Notes: generated by a model not told the origin, from the sequence alone. A stretch of DNA of 64,000 bases from Candidatus Aenigmatarchaeota archaeon (GCA_043824495.1 JBDRSV010000024.1:64001-128000), one strand, 5' to 3'; numbered from the stretch's first letter, positions 20,809 to 30,513 are shown. Made by a program: numbers and translations.

Positions 20809-21603
20809 ATGAAAAGTCCAATTTACAGCTTGAAAGGAGAAAAGATAGGAGATATGGAGTTAGGTAAAACTTTCTCTCAAAAAGTTAGACAAGATTTGAT
20901 AAAAAGAGCTGTATTATTTGAACAGTCTCATGAGAGACAATCATACGGTGCAGATCCCCTAGCTGGTAAAAGAACATCTGCTCATTATCATGGAAGAAGA
21001 GGAATAAAGCATTCTATGATGAATAGAGAAATGGCTAGAATGAAGAGGATTCACGGCACAGGATTTTTACACTTTACAGCAAGATTTGTTCCTCAAGCAG
21101 TTAAAGGTAGAAAAGCTCACCCACCTAAAGCAGAAAAAATATGGGAACTTAAAATGAATAAAAAAGAACACATGAAGGCTTTGTTATCTGCAATTGCAGC
21201 TACAGCTGATAAAGAATTTTTAGCAAAAAGAGGGCATAAAATAACTCACTTGAAACATGTTCCCTTAGTAATTGATGATAAATTCCAAGAACTCAAAAAA
21301 ACAAAGGATGTTCTAGAAATATTCAAACTTCTGGGTCTTTCAGAAGATGTAGAGAGAGCAAAAACAAAAAGCGTAAGAGCAGGAAGGGGTAAGACAAGAG
21401 GAAGAAAATATGTGAAAAAGAAAGGTCCTCTTTTGGTTGTAAATGAAGAAAGGGGTATAGAAAAGGCAAGTAAAAGTATCCCTGGAGTTGAAATTGCAAC
21501 TCCAAAAAGTTTGACAGTCCAGATGCTTGCACCGGGAACTGATCCAGGTAGATTAGTTTTATGGACAAAATCAGCAATTGAGCAATTACAGAAGAGTAAG
21601 TGA
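20809..21603 (+). CDS. rpl4: 50S ribosomal protein L4
   Basis: AGKRTSA, VPQAVKGRKAHPPK, LAPGTDPGRL. Confidence 0.95.
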   Translation: MKSPIYSLKGEKIGDMELGKTFSQKVRQDLIKRAVLFEQSHERQSYGADPLAGKRTSAHYHGRRGIKHSMMNREMARMKRIHGTGFLHFTARFVPQAVKGRKAHPPKAEKIWELKMNKKEHMKALLSAIAATADKEFLAKRGHKITHLKHVPLVIDDKFQELKKTKDVLEIFKLLGLSEDVERAKTKSVRAGRGKTRGRKYVKKKGPLLVVNEERGIEKASKSIPGVEIATPKSLTVQMLAPGTDPGRLVLWTKSAIEQLQKSK

Positions 21604-22109
21604 TAATTATGACAGAAAAAATGGACCAAAAACTTGAAGAGAAAAAATTAGATGTAGAAATAGACAGAGCTGAGAAAGAATTCTTAGATCAAGAAAAGAA
21701 AGCAAAACAATCTGAAAAGCCAGTAGAAGGAAAACCTGCTGATAAATCAGCTAAACCAGAATCAACAGATGAAACAAAAGCACCCGCACCTAAACCAGAA
21801 TCAACAGATGAAACAAAAGCACCTGCACCTAAACTCGAATTAACAGATTTCAATCCTTGGGATGTCTTAAAATACCCTCATCTAACAGAAAAATCAATGA
21901 ACATGGTTGAAATAGAAAATAAACTTGTGTTTATAGTTGATAGAAGATCCACTGTTCCTGAAATAAAGCATGCAATAGAAGCTGGTTTTAATGTTAAAGT
22001 GGATAAATTAAACGTTGAAATTACACAAAAAGGTTTGAAAAAGGTTTATGCTAAACTAAGTCCAAATAATGATGCAGTTGATATTGCATCAAGAATGGGA
22101 ATGCTTTAG
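21600..22109 (+). CDS. rpl23: 50S ribosomal protein L23 with about 80 aa acidic/Lys-rich N-terminal extension
   Basis: C-terminal YPHLTEKSMNMVEIENKLVFIV...KKVYAKLS...IASRMGML. Confidence 0.9.
   Translation: MIIMTEKMDQKLEEKKLDVEIDRAEKEFLDQEKKAKQSEKPVEGKPADKSAKPESTDETKAPAPKPESTDETKAPAPKLELTDFNPWDVLKYPHLTEKSMNMVEIENKLVFIVDRRSTVPEIKHAIEAGFNVKVDKLNVEITQKGLKKVYAKLSPNNDAVDIASRMGML
21751..21834 (+). repeat. In-frame 39-bp tandem duplication (KPESTDETKAPAP x2) in rpl23
   Basis: ctaaaccagaatcaacagatgaaacaaaagcac(c/t)gcac at 21751-21789 and 21790-21828, one mismatch. Confidence 0.95.
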
Positions 22110-22118
22110 GTGATTTAG

Positions 22119-22787
22119 ATGGGAAAAAGATTGATATCTCAGAGAAGAGGAAAGGGTTCATCTACATATAGATGTCCTGAAAAGTCCTTTTCACCAAAAA
22201 TAGAATATAGTAACCAGGTCGGCATTGTTAGAGATATTGTTAATGATACTAGAAGAGATGCTCCTCTAGCTAAAATTGAATATTCTGATCATCACTTTGG
22301 ATACATAATTGCTCCAGAAGGATTGAGAACAGGGCAAACAACTGATACTTTCGTAAGACAATTAAAAGACATACCAGAAGGTACCCGAATATTCTCTATT
22401 GAAACTGCTCCTAATACAGGACCACGATTATGCAGAACACCAGGAACTGCAGCTACTTTAGTGTCTAAAGGTAAAGAATGTATAATCCAGTTACCATCAA
22501 AAACAAAGAAAACACTTCATCCAAATTGTGTTGCAAGTATTGGTATTCCAAGCGGAGAAGGACAAAATGACAAACCTTTATTAAAGGCTGGAAAGAAATG
22601 GATAATTGCTCATAAAAGAGGTAAATTATACCCAAGAACATCAGGAAAGGCCATGAATGCCGTAGATCATCCTTATGGTGGTTCAGGTCATGGTAAAAGA
22701 AGATCTCCTGTGTCAAGAGATGCTCCACACGGAAGAAAAGTAGGACCAATATCACCAAGAAGAACAGGAATAAGAAAGAGGAAATAA
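22119..22787 (+). CDS. rpl2: 50S ribosomal protein L2
   Basis: MGKRLISQRRGKGS, GKAMNAVDHPYGG, GRKVG. Confidence 0.95.
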   Translation: MGKRLISQRRGKGSSTYRCPEKSFSPKIEYSNQVGIVRDIVNDTRRDAPLAKIEYSDHHFGYIIAPEGLRTGQTTDTFVRQLKDIPEGTRIFSIETAPNTGPRLCRTPGTAATLVSKGKECIIQLPSKTKKTLHPNCVASIGIPSGEGQNDKPLLKAGKKWIIAHKRGKLYPRTSGKAMNAVDHPYGGSGHGKRRSPVSRDAPHGRKVGPISPRRTGIRKRK

Positions 22788-22788
22788 T

Positions 22789-23169
22789 ATGGTAAAATTT
22801 CAATACAAAGGTAAGTCATCTGAAGAACTTGAAAAGCTTGACGTAGAAGAAGTACAAAAAATACTGCCTTCCAGACAGAGAAGAACACTAAAAAGAGGAT
22901 TCAAATACAACCAAAAGAGATTGATGGAGAGGATAAAAAATAATCCAGGTAAATTTGTTAGAACAAAGAACAGAGATATCATAATCATTCCAGAATTTTT
23001 CGGAGTTAAGATAGGAATACATAATGGAAAGGATTATATATCCATAGACGTAAAGCCGGATATGATTGGACATAGGCTTGGTGAATTTGTACCAACAAGA
23101 AGAGCAGTTAAACACTCCTCACCAGGATTTGGTGCAACTAAATCATCAAAGTTCATACCACTTAAGTGA
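22789..23169 (+). CDS. rps19: 30S ribosomal protein S19
   Basis: LPSRQRRTLKRG, IHNGK, MIGHRLGEF. Confidence 0.95.
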   Translation: MVKFQYKGKSSEELEKLDVEEVQKILPSRQRRTLKRGFKYNQKRLMERIKNNPGKFVRTKNRDIIIIPEFFGVKIGIHNGKDYISIDVKPDMIGHRLGEFVPTRRAVKHSSPGFGATKSSKFIPLK

Positions 23170-23558
23170 TATATATGCATAAATATAGTTTGCAATTGAA
23201 CCCAAAGAACTCGGTCAAAGTTACTGGTAGGGCTGTTAGAATATCACAAAAGAATGCTGTTATTCTCTGTGATCAATTAAGAGGAAAGTCCTTGAAAAAA
23301 GGTAAAACATTCTTGAAGAATCTAGTGGATCAGAAAGAAAGTCTTAAAGGGAGATACTACACAAACACCGCAAAGGAACTGTTGAACTTACTGAGCTCTG
23401 GTGAAAGTAATGCTGAATTCAAAGGATTGGACATAGAAAGACTTATTATTCATGCTTCTGCAAGTAAATCGTTTACATTTTACAGACCAAGAAGTTTCAA
23501 ATCAGGAAGAACTCGAAGAAAAATGGCAAATGTGCAAGTAGTTCTTCAAGAGAGATAA
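23166..23558 (+). CDS. rpl22: 50S ribosomal protein L22
   Basis: VRISQKNA, GRYYTNTAKE, NAEFKGLD; operon position. Confidence 0.9.
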   Translation: MIYMHKYSLQLNPKNSVKVTGRAVRISQKNAVILCDQLRGKSLKKGKTFLKNLVDQKESLKGRYYTNTAKELLNLLSSGESNAEFKGLDIERLIIHASASKSFTFYRPRSFKSGRTRRKMANVQVVLQER

Positions 23559-23559
23559 T

Positions 23560-24366
23560 ATGTTGAAAACGTTTTTCATTAAACAGGGAATCAAGGAAGC
23601 ACAAATAGATGAATTCATACGAAAAGAATTCCCTCTCGGAGATTATTCCAGAACTGAGTTACAGAGAACACCTCTTGGAACAAAGATAATTATCTACACA
23701 AATAAACCAGGAAGAATAATTGGTAGGGGCGGAAAGAACATTAATGATATTACAGATGCAATCAAACTTAGATTCGATCTAGAGAATCCACAGCTCGATG
23801 TCAGAGGAATAAGACAACCAGATTTGGATGCTAAGATAGTCGCAAAGCAGATTGCTTCTGCAATTGAGAAAGGTTATAATTACAAAAAAATCGGAAACCT
23901 AACACTCAACAGAATTATGCATGCGGGTGCAGCTGGAGCTGAGATTGTTATCGCAGGAAAACTTACAGGTGGGAAAGGAATGAGAAGTAAATTCATTGAA
24001 GGTTACTTAAAACATTGTGGACAGCCTGCTAAAGATTTGATTGACTTCGGTTTTGAAGAAGCTAAAACAAAACCAGGTAAAATTGGTGTCACAGTAAGAA
24101 TTATGAGAGATTTTGTTGATATTTCTGGACAAGTTGCAAAGAAACAAGAGGAAAAATTAAAAGAAACAAAAGAAAAACGAGCAAAGGAAGCTGAAGAAGA
24201 ATTAGAGCAGAAAGAAAAAAAACTAAAAGAAAGTAAAACAAAAACTAAACCAAAGGAAGAAAAGAAAGAGAAAAAAATAAAAGTCAAAGAAAGAAAAGTA
24301 GAAAAGAAAGTGGATAAGTCAAAATCAGCAACGAAGGCTGAATCAAAGAAAGAAACTAAAAAGTGA
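23560..24366 (+). CDS. rps3: 30S ribosomal protein S3 with Lys/Glu-rich tail
   Basis: QRTPLGTKIII...KPGRIIGRGG, GAAGAEIVIAGKL. Confidence 0.95.
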   Translation: MLKTFFIKQGIKEAQIDEFIRKEFPLGDYSRTELQRTPLGTKIIIYTNKPGRIIGRGGKNINDITDAIKLRFDLENPQLDVRGIRQPDLDAKIVAKQIASAIEKGYNYKKIGNLTLNRIMHAGAAGAEIVIAGKLTGGKGMRSKFIEGYLKHCGQPAKDLIDFGFEEAKTKPGKIGVTVRIMRDFVDISGQVAKKQEEKLKETKEKRAKEAEEELEQKEKKLKESKTKTKPKEEKKEKKIKVKERKVEKKVDKSKSATKAESKKETKK

Positions 24367-24590
24367 TTATTATGGCAATCATAAGACCAAAAGATTTAAG
24401 GAAAATGAATCCAAAAGATATTACTAAGAAGATGAACGAATTACAATTAGAGCTTGCTAAAGAGAGAGCAAACATAAACATCGGTGCCAGCGTTTCTTCT
24501 CCTGGCAGGCTAAAAGAAATTAAGAAAACAATTGCACGAATGAAAACATTGAAAAACGAAAAGCCTAAGGGAGGCAAAACTTCAAAATGA
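24363..24590 (+). CDS. rpl29: 50S ribosomal protein L29
   Basis: ELQLELAKER...PGRLKEIKKTIARMKT. Confidence 0.92.
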   Translation: MIIMAIIRPKDLRKMNPKDITKKMNELQLELAKERANINIGASVSSPGRLKEIKKTIARMKTLKNEKPKGGKTSK

Positions 24591-24892
24591 GCGAAATTTG
24601 TAAAAAGTGTGGATTGCCCAAAGATCTTTGTACTTGCGAATTGATAACCAAAGAAAAAGAAAAGATAAGTATTTTCTGTGTTAAACGAAGGTATGGAAAA
24701 ACAATAACTATAGTTTCTGGATTAAGTAAAGATCTAAACGCAAAAGATATTCTGAAAGAACTGAAAACAAAGCTTGCATGTGGTGGAACACTAAAAGGTA
24801 ATGAGATAGAACTTCAGGGTAATCATGTGGGAAGAGCAAAACAGGTTATGATAAAACTTGGTTTCCAAGAAGAACAAATTGAAGTTAGGTGA
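24587..24892 (+). CDS. sui1: Translation initiation factor SUI1
   Basis: CKKCGLPKDLCTC, KRRYGK, KLACGGT, IELQGNH. Confidence 0.95.
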   Translation: MSEICKKCGLPKDLCTCELITKEKEKISIFCVKRRYGKTITIVSGLSKDLNAKDILKELKTKLACGGTLKGNEIELQGNHVGRAKQVMIKLGFQEEQIEVR

Positions 24893-25173
24893 GGTTTATG
24901 ATCTCTCCAAAAAACCTAGTTAGACACGAATTAATAGGTTTAGAAGTTAGAATAACTGATTCTTCAAACAAAAAACAAATTGGTTTGTCAGGAAAAGTTG
25001 TAGACGAGAGTAGAAATTTACTTACGGTTGAAACAGATAAGGGCGAGAAAAAATTCGCAAAAGAGCATTGTACATTCTCATTCAAAGTTGATTCTGAGTG
25101 GATCAAAATAGAAGGTAAACTACTTCTAGCAAGACCAGAAGATCGTGTAAAAAAGAAATTTAAAAAGTGGTAG
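24889..25173 (+). CDS. rnp1: Ribonuclease P protein subunit Rpp29
   Basis: NLVRHELIGL...GLSGKVVDESRN...LLARPEDR. Confidence 0.92.
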   Translation: MRFMISPKNLVRHELIGLEVRITDSSNKKQIGLSGKVVDESRNLLTVETDKGEKKFAKEHCTFSFKVDSEWIKIEGKLLLARPEDRVKKKFKKW

Positions 25174-25284
25174 TCCTATTCAATGATTGATGTGTGCATG
25201 ATTTCAACAACAAAAACATCATCAAACAAAATTATGAGAAGAGTTCTTAGAAAGAATTATATTATAGAGCAGCTTCGAAAATAA

Positions 25285-25962
25285 CTACTTGTAAGCGACT
25301 AGGGAGAAACACTGACCAAAATAAGGGTTTTTAACTTCCTCAATATCTTTGAAACCGATATCTAATAGAATTTTTCTAACTTGGTGAAATGTGTGATTAT
25401 GTACACTAGATTTTGTTACATCTGTCTCAAAGTTTTTCTTGAATGTAGAAAAAGAAGATTCATATTCTTCTAAAACACCTTTCTTTCTCAAATCATTTTC
25501 ATATGAATGTAAGACTGTATCCAAGTCTTGTGAGGTTATTCTTCCAGTTAAAGCAAAAATACCCCCAACTTTTAATACCCTAAAAATCTCGCGTATATAG
25601 CTTTCGATGTCTCTTATGTAAGAGATAACAAACATCGAAGTCACACCATCAAACATTCCTTTCTTAAATGGAAGTGTCTCATCATCATTTATGTGCATTG
25701 CATGAAGCAAATGAGGAAATCCCGCACACTTCTGCTCCAGAATTTTGATTGCTTGTTGGCTGGTATCCACTGCATAGACTTCTTGTCCCATATTAAGAAG
25801 TTCTATAGTGACGTTGCCTGTGCCTGCTCCGCTGTCTAGGACAGTTTTAGAGCTTTCCATTGCAGATATATGGAAGTCCCTAACAGCTAAATATATCTCA
25901 GAGTGAAGTAGTATCTTATCATAAACTCTTAGGTGTTTACTTTCCCATATCTTAGATTTCAT
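25285..25962 (-). CDS. Class I SAM-dependent methyltransferase
   Basis: VLDSGAGTG, YAVD, FDGV, IFRVLKVGG; antisense to the ribosomal operon it interrupts. Confidence 0.85.
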   Translation of the reverse strand: MKSKIWESKHLRVYDKILLHSEIYLAVRDFHISAMESSKTVLDSGAGTGNVTIELLNMGQEVYAVDTSQQAIKILEQKCAGFPHLLHAMHINDDETLPFKKGMFDGVTSMFVISYIRDIESYIREIFRVLKVGGIFALTGRITSQDLDTVLHSYENDLRKKGVLEEYESSFSTFKKNFETDVTKSSVHNHTFHQVRKILLDIGFKDIEEVKNPYFGQCFSLVAYK

Positions 25963-26250
25963 GATTAAAATTGGTCTTGGAGACTAAAATCCTTTCTATG
26001 ATAAAAGACAACTGATGTGTTTAAAAAATTTAATTGCATTGTATACAGTATTATGCTATCTAATCTACATATCTCATAACCAGCTGACTTCAAGTCATCT
26101 TAGACGAGTAATTTCATCCTGGACACGCTGGCATTGTAAACTGGAATCAACACCTAGAGACGGCACAAGATACTTGGGTGTCTATTGTAAGGTGATTGAC
26201 ATAGTTGATCTGCTAACCATGAAGTTGAACGCATAACGTGGGGAGGGCAT

Positions 26251-27822
26251 ATGCTCACCAAGAAGACGATTTCACTGGTGTTCTGCTTGTTCTTGCTTCT
26301 GACTTTGACACCAGCAGACACAGGAGCGGCAACTACTCATCCATCTCCAACCTGGAGTCCGGAAGTTTTGTATAATCAACATCCGGCATTTCAGATTTTC
26401 AGAGAGATCAGCGAAATTCCCCGCTGCTCTGGAAATGAGCAAGCATTTGCAGACTGGATAATTTTCTGGGCTGCGGAAAGGGGATGGAGTTCCCAACAGG
26501 ACTCTGCAGGAAACCTGCTCGTACACGTATCGGCGTCTCCGGGACTCGAGAGCGCTGATACAATTACGTTTCAATGTCATTTAGATATGGCGTGCGTGGA
26601 CACAGCAGGAAACAGGCTTAGAGATGATGCATTCCCACTCAAGCTTGTCAGGGAAGGTGACTGGTTGTCTGCCGAGGGAACAACCCTTGGTGCAGACAAC
26701 GGAATTGCAATTGCAGTCATACTCACGCTCGCCGAACGCGAAGACCATGGTCCGTTCAAACTCCTCTTCACAACCGGGGAAGAGGTGGGCATTGTTGGTG
26801 CGAGTCATCTCGATCTTGACATCTCTGAGAGGATGATCAACCTGGACAATGAATTCTCCGGGACCTCTATCATCGGATCCGCTGGTTACGTCTTCACAAG
26901 ATCCACACGTTCCCTGTACTACAACGTCAAGGCTCCAGCAGAAAACTCATGGGAAATAACGGTCAACGGGCTAACTGGTGGGCACTCTGGAGTAGAAATA
27001 TACCCTGAACGCGGAAACGCTGCGAAGATCTTGGCGCGAGTCTTGGACAAGGCCTTTTTCTATCCCAACCACTTTTCTATGCTGGGCGACATCCAAGTAA
27101 AAGGCGCCGTAAATGCTATTCCGAAAACGGCTACAGCAGAAATTTGGGTGGCATATCTCGATTCGAACGGAATCGAAGAGAGACTACGTCCCATCAGATC
27201 CGAGCTGAAAAAGGAATTTGCATCAAGCGATTCCAATCTCGCGATCATATTCAGGTCTAGTTCTCGGACTGAGTTTATGGCAGACGAAGTGGCGCATGAT
27301 GTGATCAATTTTCTCCTGGAGATGCCAGACGGTGTCATTAGCATGTCACTTGATCTGGAGGATGTTCCATACACATCCTCGAATGTTGGAGTCGTGAAAA
27401 TCGAAAACGACTCTCTGGTTGTGGAAATATTGTCCCGATCCTTCTCTGATGACGATCTTTCCTGTATGAAAATGGAGATCGATCGCATCTGCCAGAGTCA
27501 CAGTGCCACTGTAGAGTTCCCTGTAGAATCTTCAGGTTGGGAACCAAACCCTGACTCATATCTCCTTCAGGTCGCGCAAAAAACATGGGGTGAATGCGTT
27601 GGTGAGAATCTCAAACTTGTGGCAGTTCACGCAGGGTTGGAAGCTGGCGCAATTCAAAACCGATGTGAAATCCTGTTTCCTAACAGGATAATGGACGTCA
27701 TCTCACTTGGCCCCCAAATCGAGAAATCACACACATCAGATGAGAGAGCGTCCATCACATCCGTCGTCCAACTCTACAATTTCATGAAAGTTTTCGTGCT
27801 CGAATTGGTACATGAAAACTGA
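26251..27822 (+). CDS. M20 aminoacyl-histidine dipeptidase (PepD-like) with N-terminal signal peptide
   Basis: IPRCSGNE, QCHLDM, TTLGADNGIA, TGEEVG, GGHSG, HAGLE, HTSDE. Confidence 0.85.
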   Translation: MLTKKTISLVFCLFLLLTLTPADTGAATTHPSPTWSPEVLYNQHPAFQIFREISEIPRCSGNEQAFADWIIFWAAERGWSSQQDSAGNLLVHVSASPGLESADTITFQCHLDMACVDTAGNRLRDDAFPLKLVREGDWLSAEGTTLGADNGIAIAVILTLAEREDHGPFKLLFTTGEEVGIVGASHLDLDISERMINLDNEFSGTSIIGSAGYVFTRSTRSLYYNVKAPAENSWEITVNGLTGGHSGVEIYPERGNAAKILARVLDKAFFYPNHFSMLGDIQVKGAVNAIPKTATAEIWVAYLDSNGIEERLRPIRSELKKEFASSDSNLAIIFRSSSRTEFMADEVAHDVINFLLEMPDGVISMSLDLEDVPYTSSNVGVVKIENDSLVVEILSRSFSDDDLSCMKMEIDRICQSHSATVEFPVESSGWEPNPDSYLLQVAQKTWGECVGENLKLVAVHAGLEAGAIQNRCEILFPNRIMDVISLGPQIEKSHTSDERASITSVVQLYNFMKVFVLELVHEN

Positions 27823-27931
27823 TTGAGGTCTGTAGTGAATCACGTAGAAAAAAAGGAACAGAAGAGAATGTTAATTTTTTCAAATCAAGCAGCGAACAAC
27901 AAAGTTCGCTCAGAAAACTGAGGTGATTTTC

Positions 27932-29443
27932 ATGACTCAACAGGAAGCCCTCACAAGGCTTACAAAACTCTGGGGAAAGGCTGCACTTCTCGATTCTTGT
28001 GGCCAGCTTCTGGGATGGGACGAACGAGTTTACATGCCCAGAAAGGGTGCAAAACATCGCGCAGATCAGCTTGCCATGGTGGCGGGAATGGTGCATGAAC
28101 TCCAGGTTGATCCCAGAATCGGTGATCTTCTGGGTGCAATCAGCGGAAGTGATCTGGTTCGCGACCCGAGTTCAGACGCTGACGTCATCGTCCGCGAAAT
28201 CGGCCGGGCTCACTACCGGCTGGTGAAAATGCCGCAATCGCTGGTCGAAGAGATCACGCGCGTCACTACGCTCGCCCAGGGTGCGTGGGGCGAGGCGCGC
28301 GCCAACTCCGACTTCAAGTCGTTCAAGCCATGGCTGGAGAAAGTCATCGCACTGAAGAAGCAGGAAGCCGAAGCCGTCGGGTACAAAGACGATCCATACG
28401 ATGCCATGCTCGATGTTTACGAGCCGGGCGCAACGGTCACCTCAATCGACGAGATCTTCGCCAAGAACCGTGAAGAACTCGTGATGCTCCTCGATAAGAT
28501 CAAAGGCTCGGGCAAAGGCCCCGACACCACGATCATCACCCGTGAATATCCAATCGAAGCACAGAAGACATTCGGTCACGAGGGCGCTGCCGCAATCGGT
28601 TTCGACTTCGAGCGCGGTCGTCTCGATATCACGACCCACCCCTTTTGCGCCGGCATCGGCCCCGGCGATACGCGCATCACCACTCGTTACGATGTCCATC
28701 ATTTCCCCGGCGCGTTCTTCGGTATACTGCACGAGGCCGGACACGGTATCTACGACCAATGTCTGCCCGATGACAAGTTTGGCAGTCCGCTGGGTGAGTA
28801 TATCTCGCTCGGTATCCACGAGTCGCAGTCGCGCATGTGGGAAAATATGGTCGGACGCTCACGCGCCTTCTGGACACGCATGTATCCCAAAGCGCAGAAG
28901 GCATTCCCCAAAGCGTTAGGCGATGTTCCGGTTGACGCGTTCTATTGGGCGATCAACGACGTCCGTCCGTCGTTCATCCGTGTCGAAGCCGACGAGGCCA
29001 CTTACAACCTGCACATTCTGCTGCGTTTCGAAATGGAGCGCGCGTTCTTCTCGGGTGACTTGAAGGTCGATGACATCCCGGGCGCCTGGAACGAGAAATT
29101 CAAATCATACTTCGGCATCACCCCGCCCAATGACGCGCAGGGCTGCATGCAGGACGTTCACTGGAGCGCGGGACTGGTTGGCTATTTCCCGACCTACGCA
29201 CTTGGCAATCTCTACTCTGCGCAGTTCTTCGCCAAAGCCAACGAGGATCTCGGCGACCTCCACGCCCAATTCGCCAAGGGCGAGTTCGCACCGCTGAAGA
29301 AGTGGCTGCAAGACAACATCCACAGCCACGGCCGCCGCTATCTCGCATGCGAGCTGGTCGAACGTGTCACCGGCAAGCCGCTCGGCTCCGAAGCGGTGAT
29401 GGCGTACATGAACAAGAAGTTCGGTGAACTCTACGGCTTCTGA
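27932..29443 (+). CDS. M32 carboxypeptidase (carboxypeptidase Taq family)
   Basis: HPFC, HEAGH (HExxH), GIHESQS, IRVEADEATY, QDVHW, GYFPTYALG; SD gaggtga upstream of ATG 27932. Confidence 0.95.
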   Translation: MTQQEALTRLTKLWGKAALLDSCGQLLGWDERVYMPRKGAKHRADQLAMVAGMVHELQVDPRIGDLLGAISGSDLVRDPSSDADVIVREIGRAHYRLVKMPQSLVEEITRVTTLAQGAWGEARANSDFKSFKPWLEKVIALKKQEAEAVGYKDDPYDAMLDVYEPGATVTSIDEIFAKNREELVMLLDKIKGSGKGPDTTIITREYPIEAQKTFGHEGAAAIGFDFERGRLDITTHPFCAGIGPGDTRITTRYDVHHFPGAFFGILHEAGHGIYDQCLPDDKFGSPLGEYISLGIHESQSRMWENMVGRSRAFWTRMYPKAQKAFPKALGDVPVDAFYWAINDVRPSFIRVEADEATYNLHILLRFEMERAFFSGDLKVDDIPGAWNEKFKSYFGITPPNDAQGCMQDVHWSAGLVGYFPTYALGNLYSAQFFAKANEDLGDLHAQFAKGEFAPLKKWLQDNIHSHGRRYLACELVERVTGKPLGSEAVMAYMNKKFGELYGF

Positions 29444-29594
29444 GAAGTACAATACACCGAATAAACCAGAGTCACTAAAACCCGATAACCTTTAATCCCA
29501 GTGGCTAGTAGTGTCGGTCGCTGGGCTGTGGTTCGAGGGAGTTCGCCACAAGAGGCTCGATGTTCAAGGAGACTGGACTCGAAAGGTTGACAAC

Positions 29595-30002
29595 ATGATG
29601 AGACGCATGATTTTCTTGTTGCTGTCGCTTCTGCTGGTGATCAGTTGCTCAGACTCGGATACTTCAGACGGTTTCTTCCCAAGTCTTGACGAGCAGTATG
29701 CTCAGGGTCTGGGAATGTCTTCTGACAAACCATTTCAGGGATTTTATGATCTTAGTAGTGGATGCAAGATCATACCTGGTGGTCATGTCGAAATTTGCTG
29801 CAGAATCCAAGGCGGTCTTAGTCTGGCTGTCAAGGACGCAGTGAATCGCTCCGATCGACTAAAAATAGAATTCGGTGGTATCGAGAGCGTCTTATTCGAA
29901 TCTGGTCAGACAGAAGACACCTTGCGATTGACGGCGATTTCCGAAAAACACCGCGAGAAAAGGTTGTACATTGTGGTGGTGAACAGTGCTGTGGGGACAT
30001 AG
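29595..30002 (+). CDS. Putative bacterial-type lipoprotein
   Basis: MMRRMIFLLLSLLLVIS-C lipobox; start trimmed to ATG 29595. Confidence 0.6.
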   Translation: MMRRMIFLLLSLLLVISCSDSDTSDGFFPSLDEQYAQGLGMSSDKPFQGFYDLSSGCKIIPGGHVEICCRIQGGLSLAVKDAVNRSDRLKIEFGGIESVLFESGQTEDTLRLTAISEKHREKRLYIVVVNSAVGT

Positions 30003-30019
30003 GTTCTCGCCGCGAATCC

Positions 30020-30085
30020 AAACAGGTATTCAAGAAGAGTCAATTCCTTCTGCCTGTTTTTAATTTGTCTAATTAAAGGGATATA
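30020..30085 (+). repeat. Island-end composite signal, copy 1: hairpin (30020-30059) plus TTGTCTAATTAAAGGGATATA (30065-30085)
   Basis: Read directly; the 21-mer is identical to 63343-63363. Confidence 0.9.
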
Positions 30086-30165
30086 GAAAGAAAAAATTAG
30101 AAATGTTCAGACATATAAACCTTATAAACTATAATGCTCAATAATTGGTATAATTCGAAAGGAAA

Positions 30166-30513
30166 ATGACATATATGAAAGCTAAGACAGATATTGGGGT
30201 TGGTTTGAAGCCACCTGAGCATAAATGTGAAGAAGAAAACTGTGCATGGCACGGGAAATTGCCTGTCAGAGGCAGAGTGTTTAGAGGTAGAGTTAGGGCC
30301 GCTAAATCTCAGAAAACAGCTATAATCGACTGGGGATTCCATAGATTCGTGCCTAAATACGAGAGATATGAGAGAAGAAAATCAAGAGTGACTGTTCATA
30401 ATCCTGGCTGTATGAATGCTAAAGAAGGGGATAATGTTGTAATAGCAGAATGCAGACCAATTTCAAAGACAAAGCACTTTGTAATTGTTGGTGTGCAAAA
30501 GGAAGGAAAATAA
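30166..30513 (+). CDS. rps17: 30S ribosomal protein S17
   Basis: CAWHGKLPVRGRVF, PKYERYERRKS, AECRPISKTKHF. Confidence 0.96.
   Translation: MTYMKAKTDIGVGLKPPEHKCEEENCAWHGKLPVRGRVFRGRVRAAKSQKTAIIDWGFHRFVPKYERYERRKSRVTVHNPGCMNAKEGDNVVIAECRPISKTKHFVIVGVQKEGK

Larger units (their letters stand above)
26050..30064 (+). mobile_element. Foreign island 1 (peptidase island) inserted between rnp1 and rps17
   Basis: Composition shift (line 28201: 38/60 GC; host line 33001: 17/60); bacterial-type genes; right end is a hairpin plus the 21-bp motif; left boundary approximate. Confidence 0.7.

Noticed and set aside
30065-30090. Motif as a Xer dif site
   Set aside because: No two-arm palindrome around a 6-bp spacer; only the GGATATAA half resembles archaeal dif arms.
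30078-30090. GGGATATA as a casposon terminal inverted repeat
   Set aside because: It resembles, from memory, the start of characterised casposon TIRs, but the orientation would make host ribosomal DNA the element, and no casposase or PolB is present; kept only as something to check.
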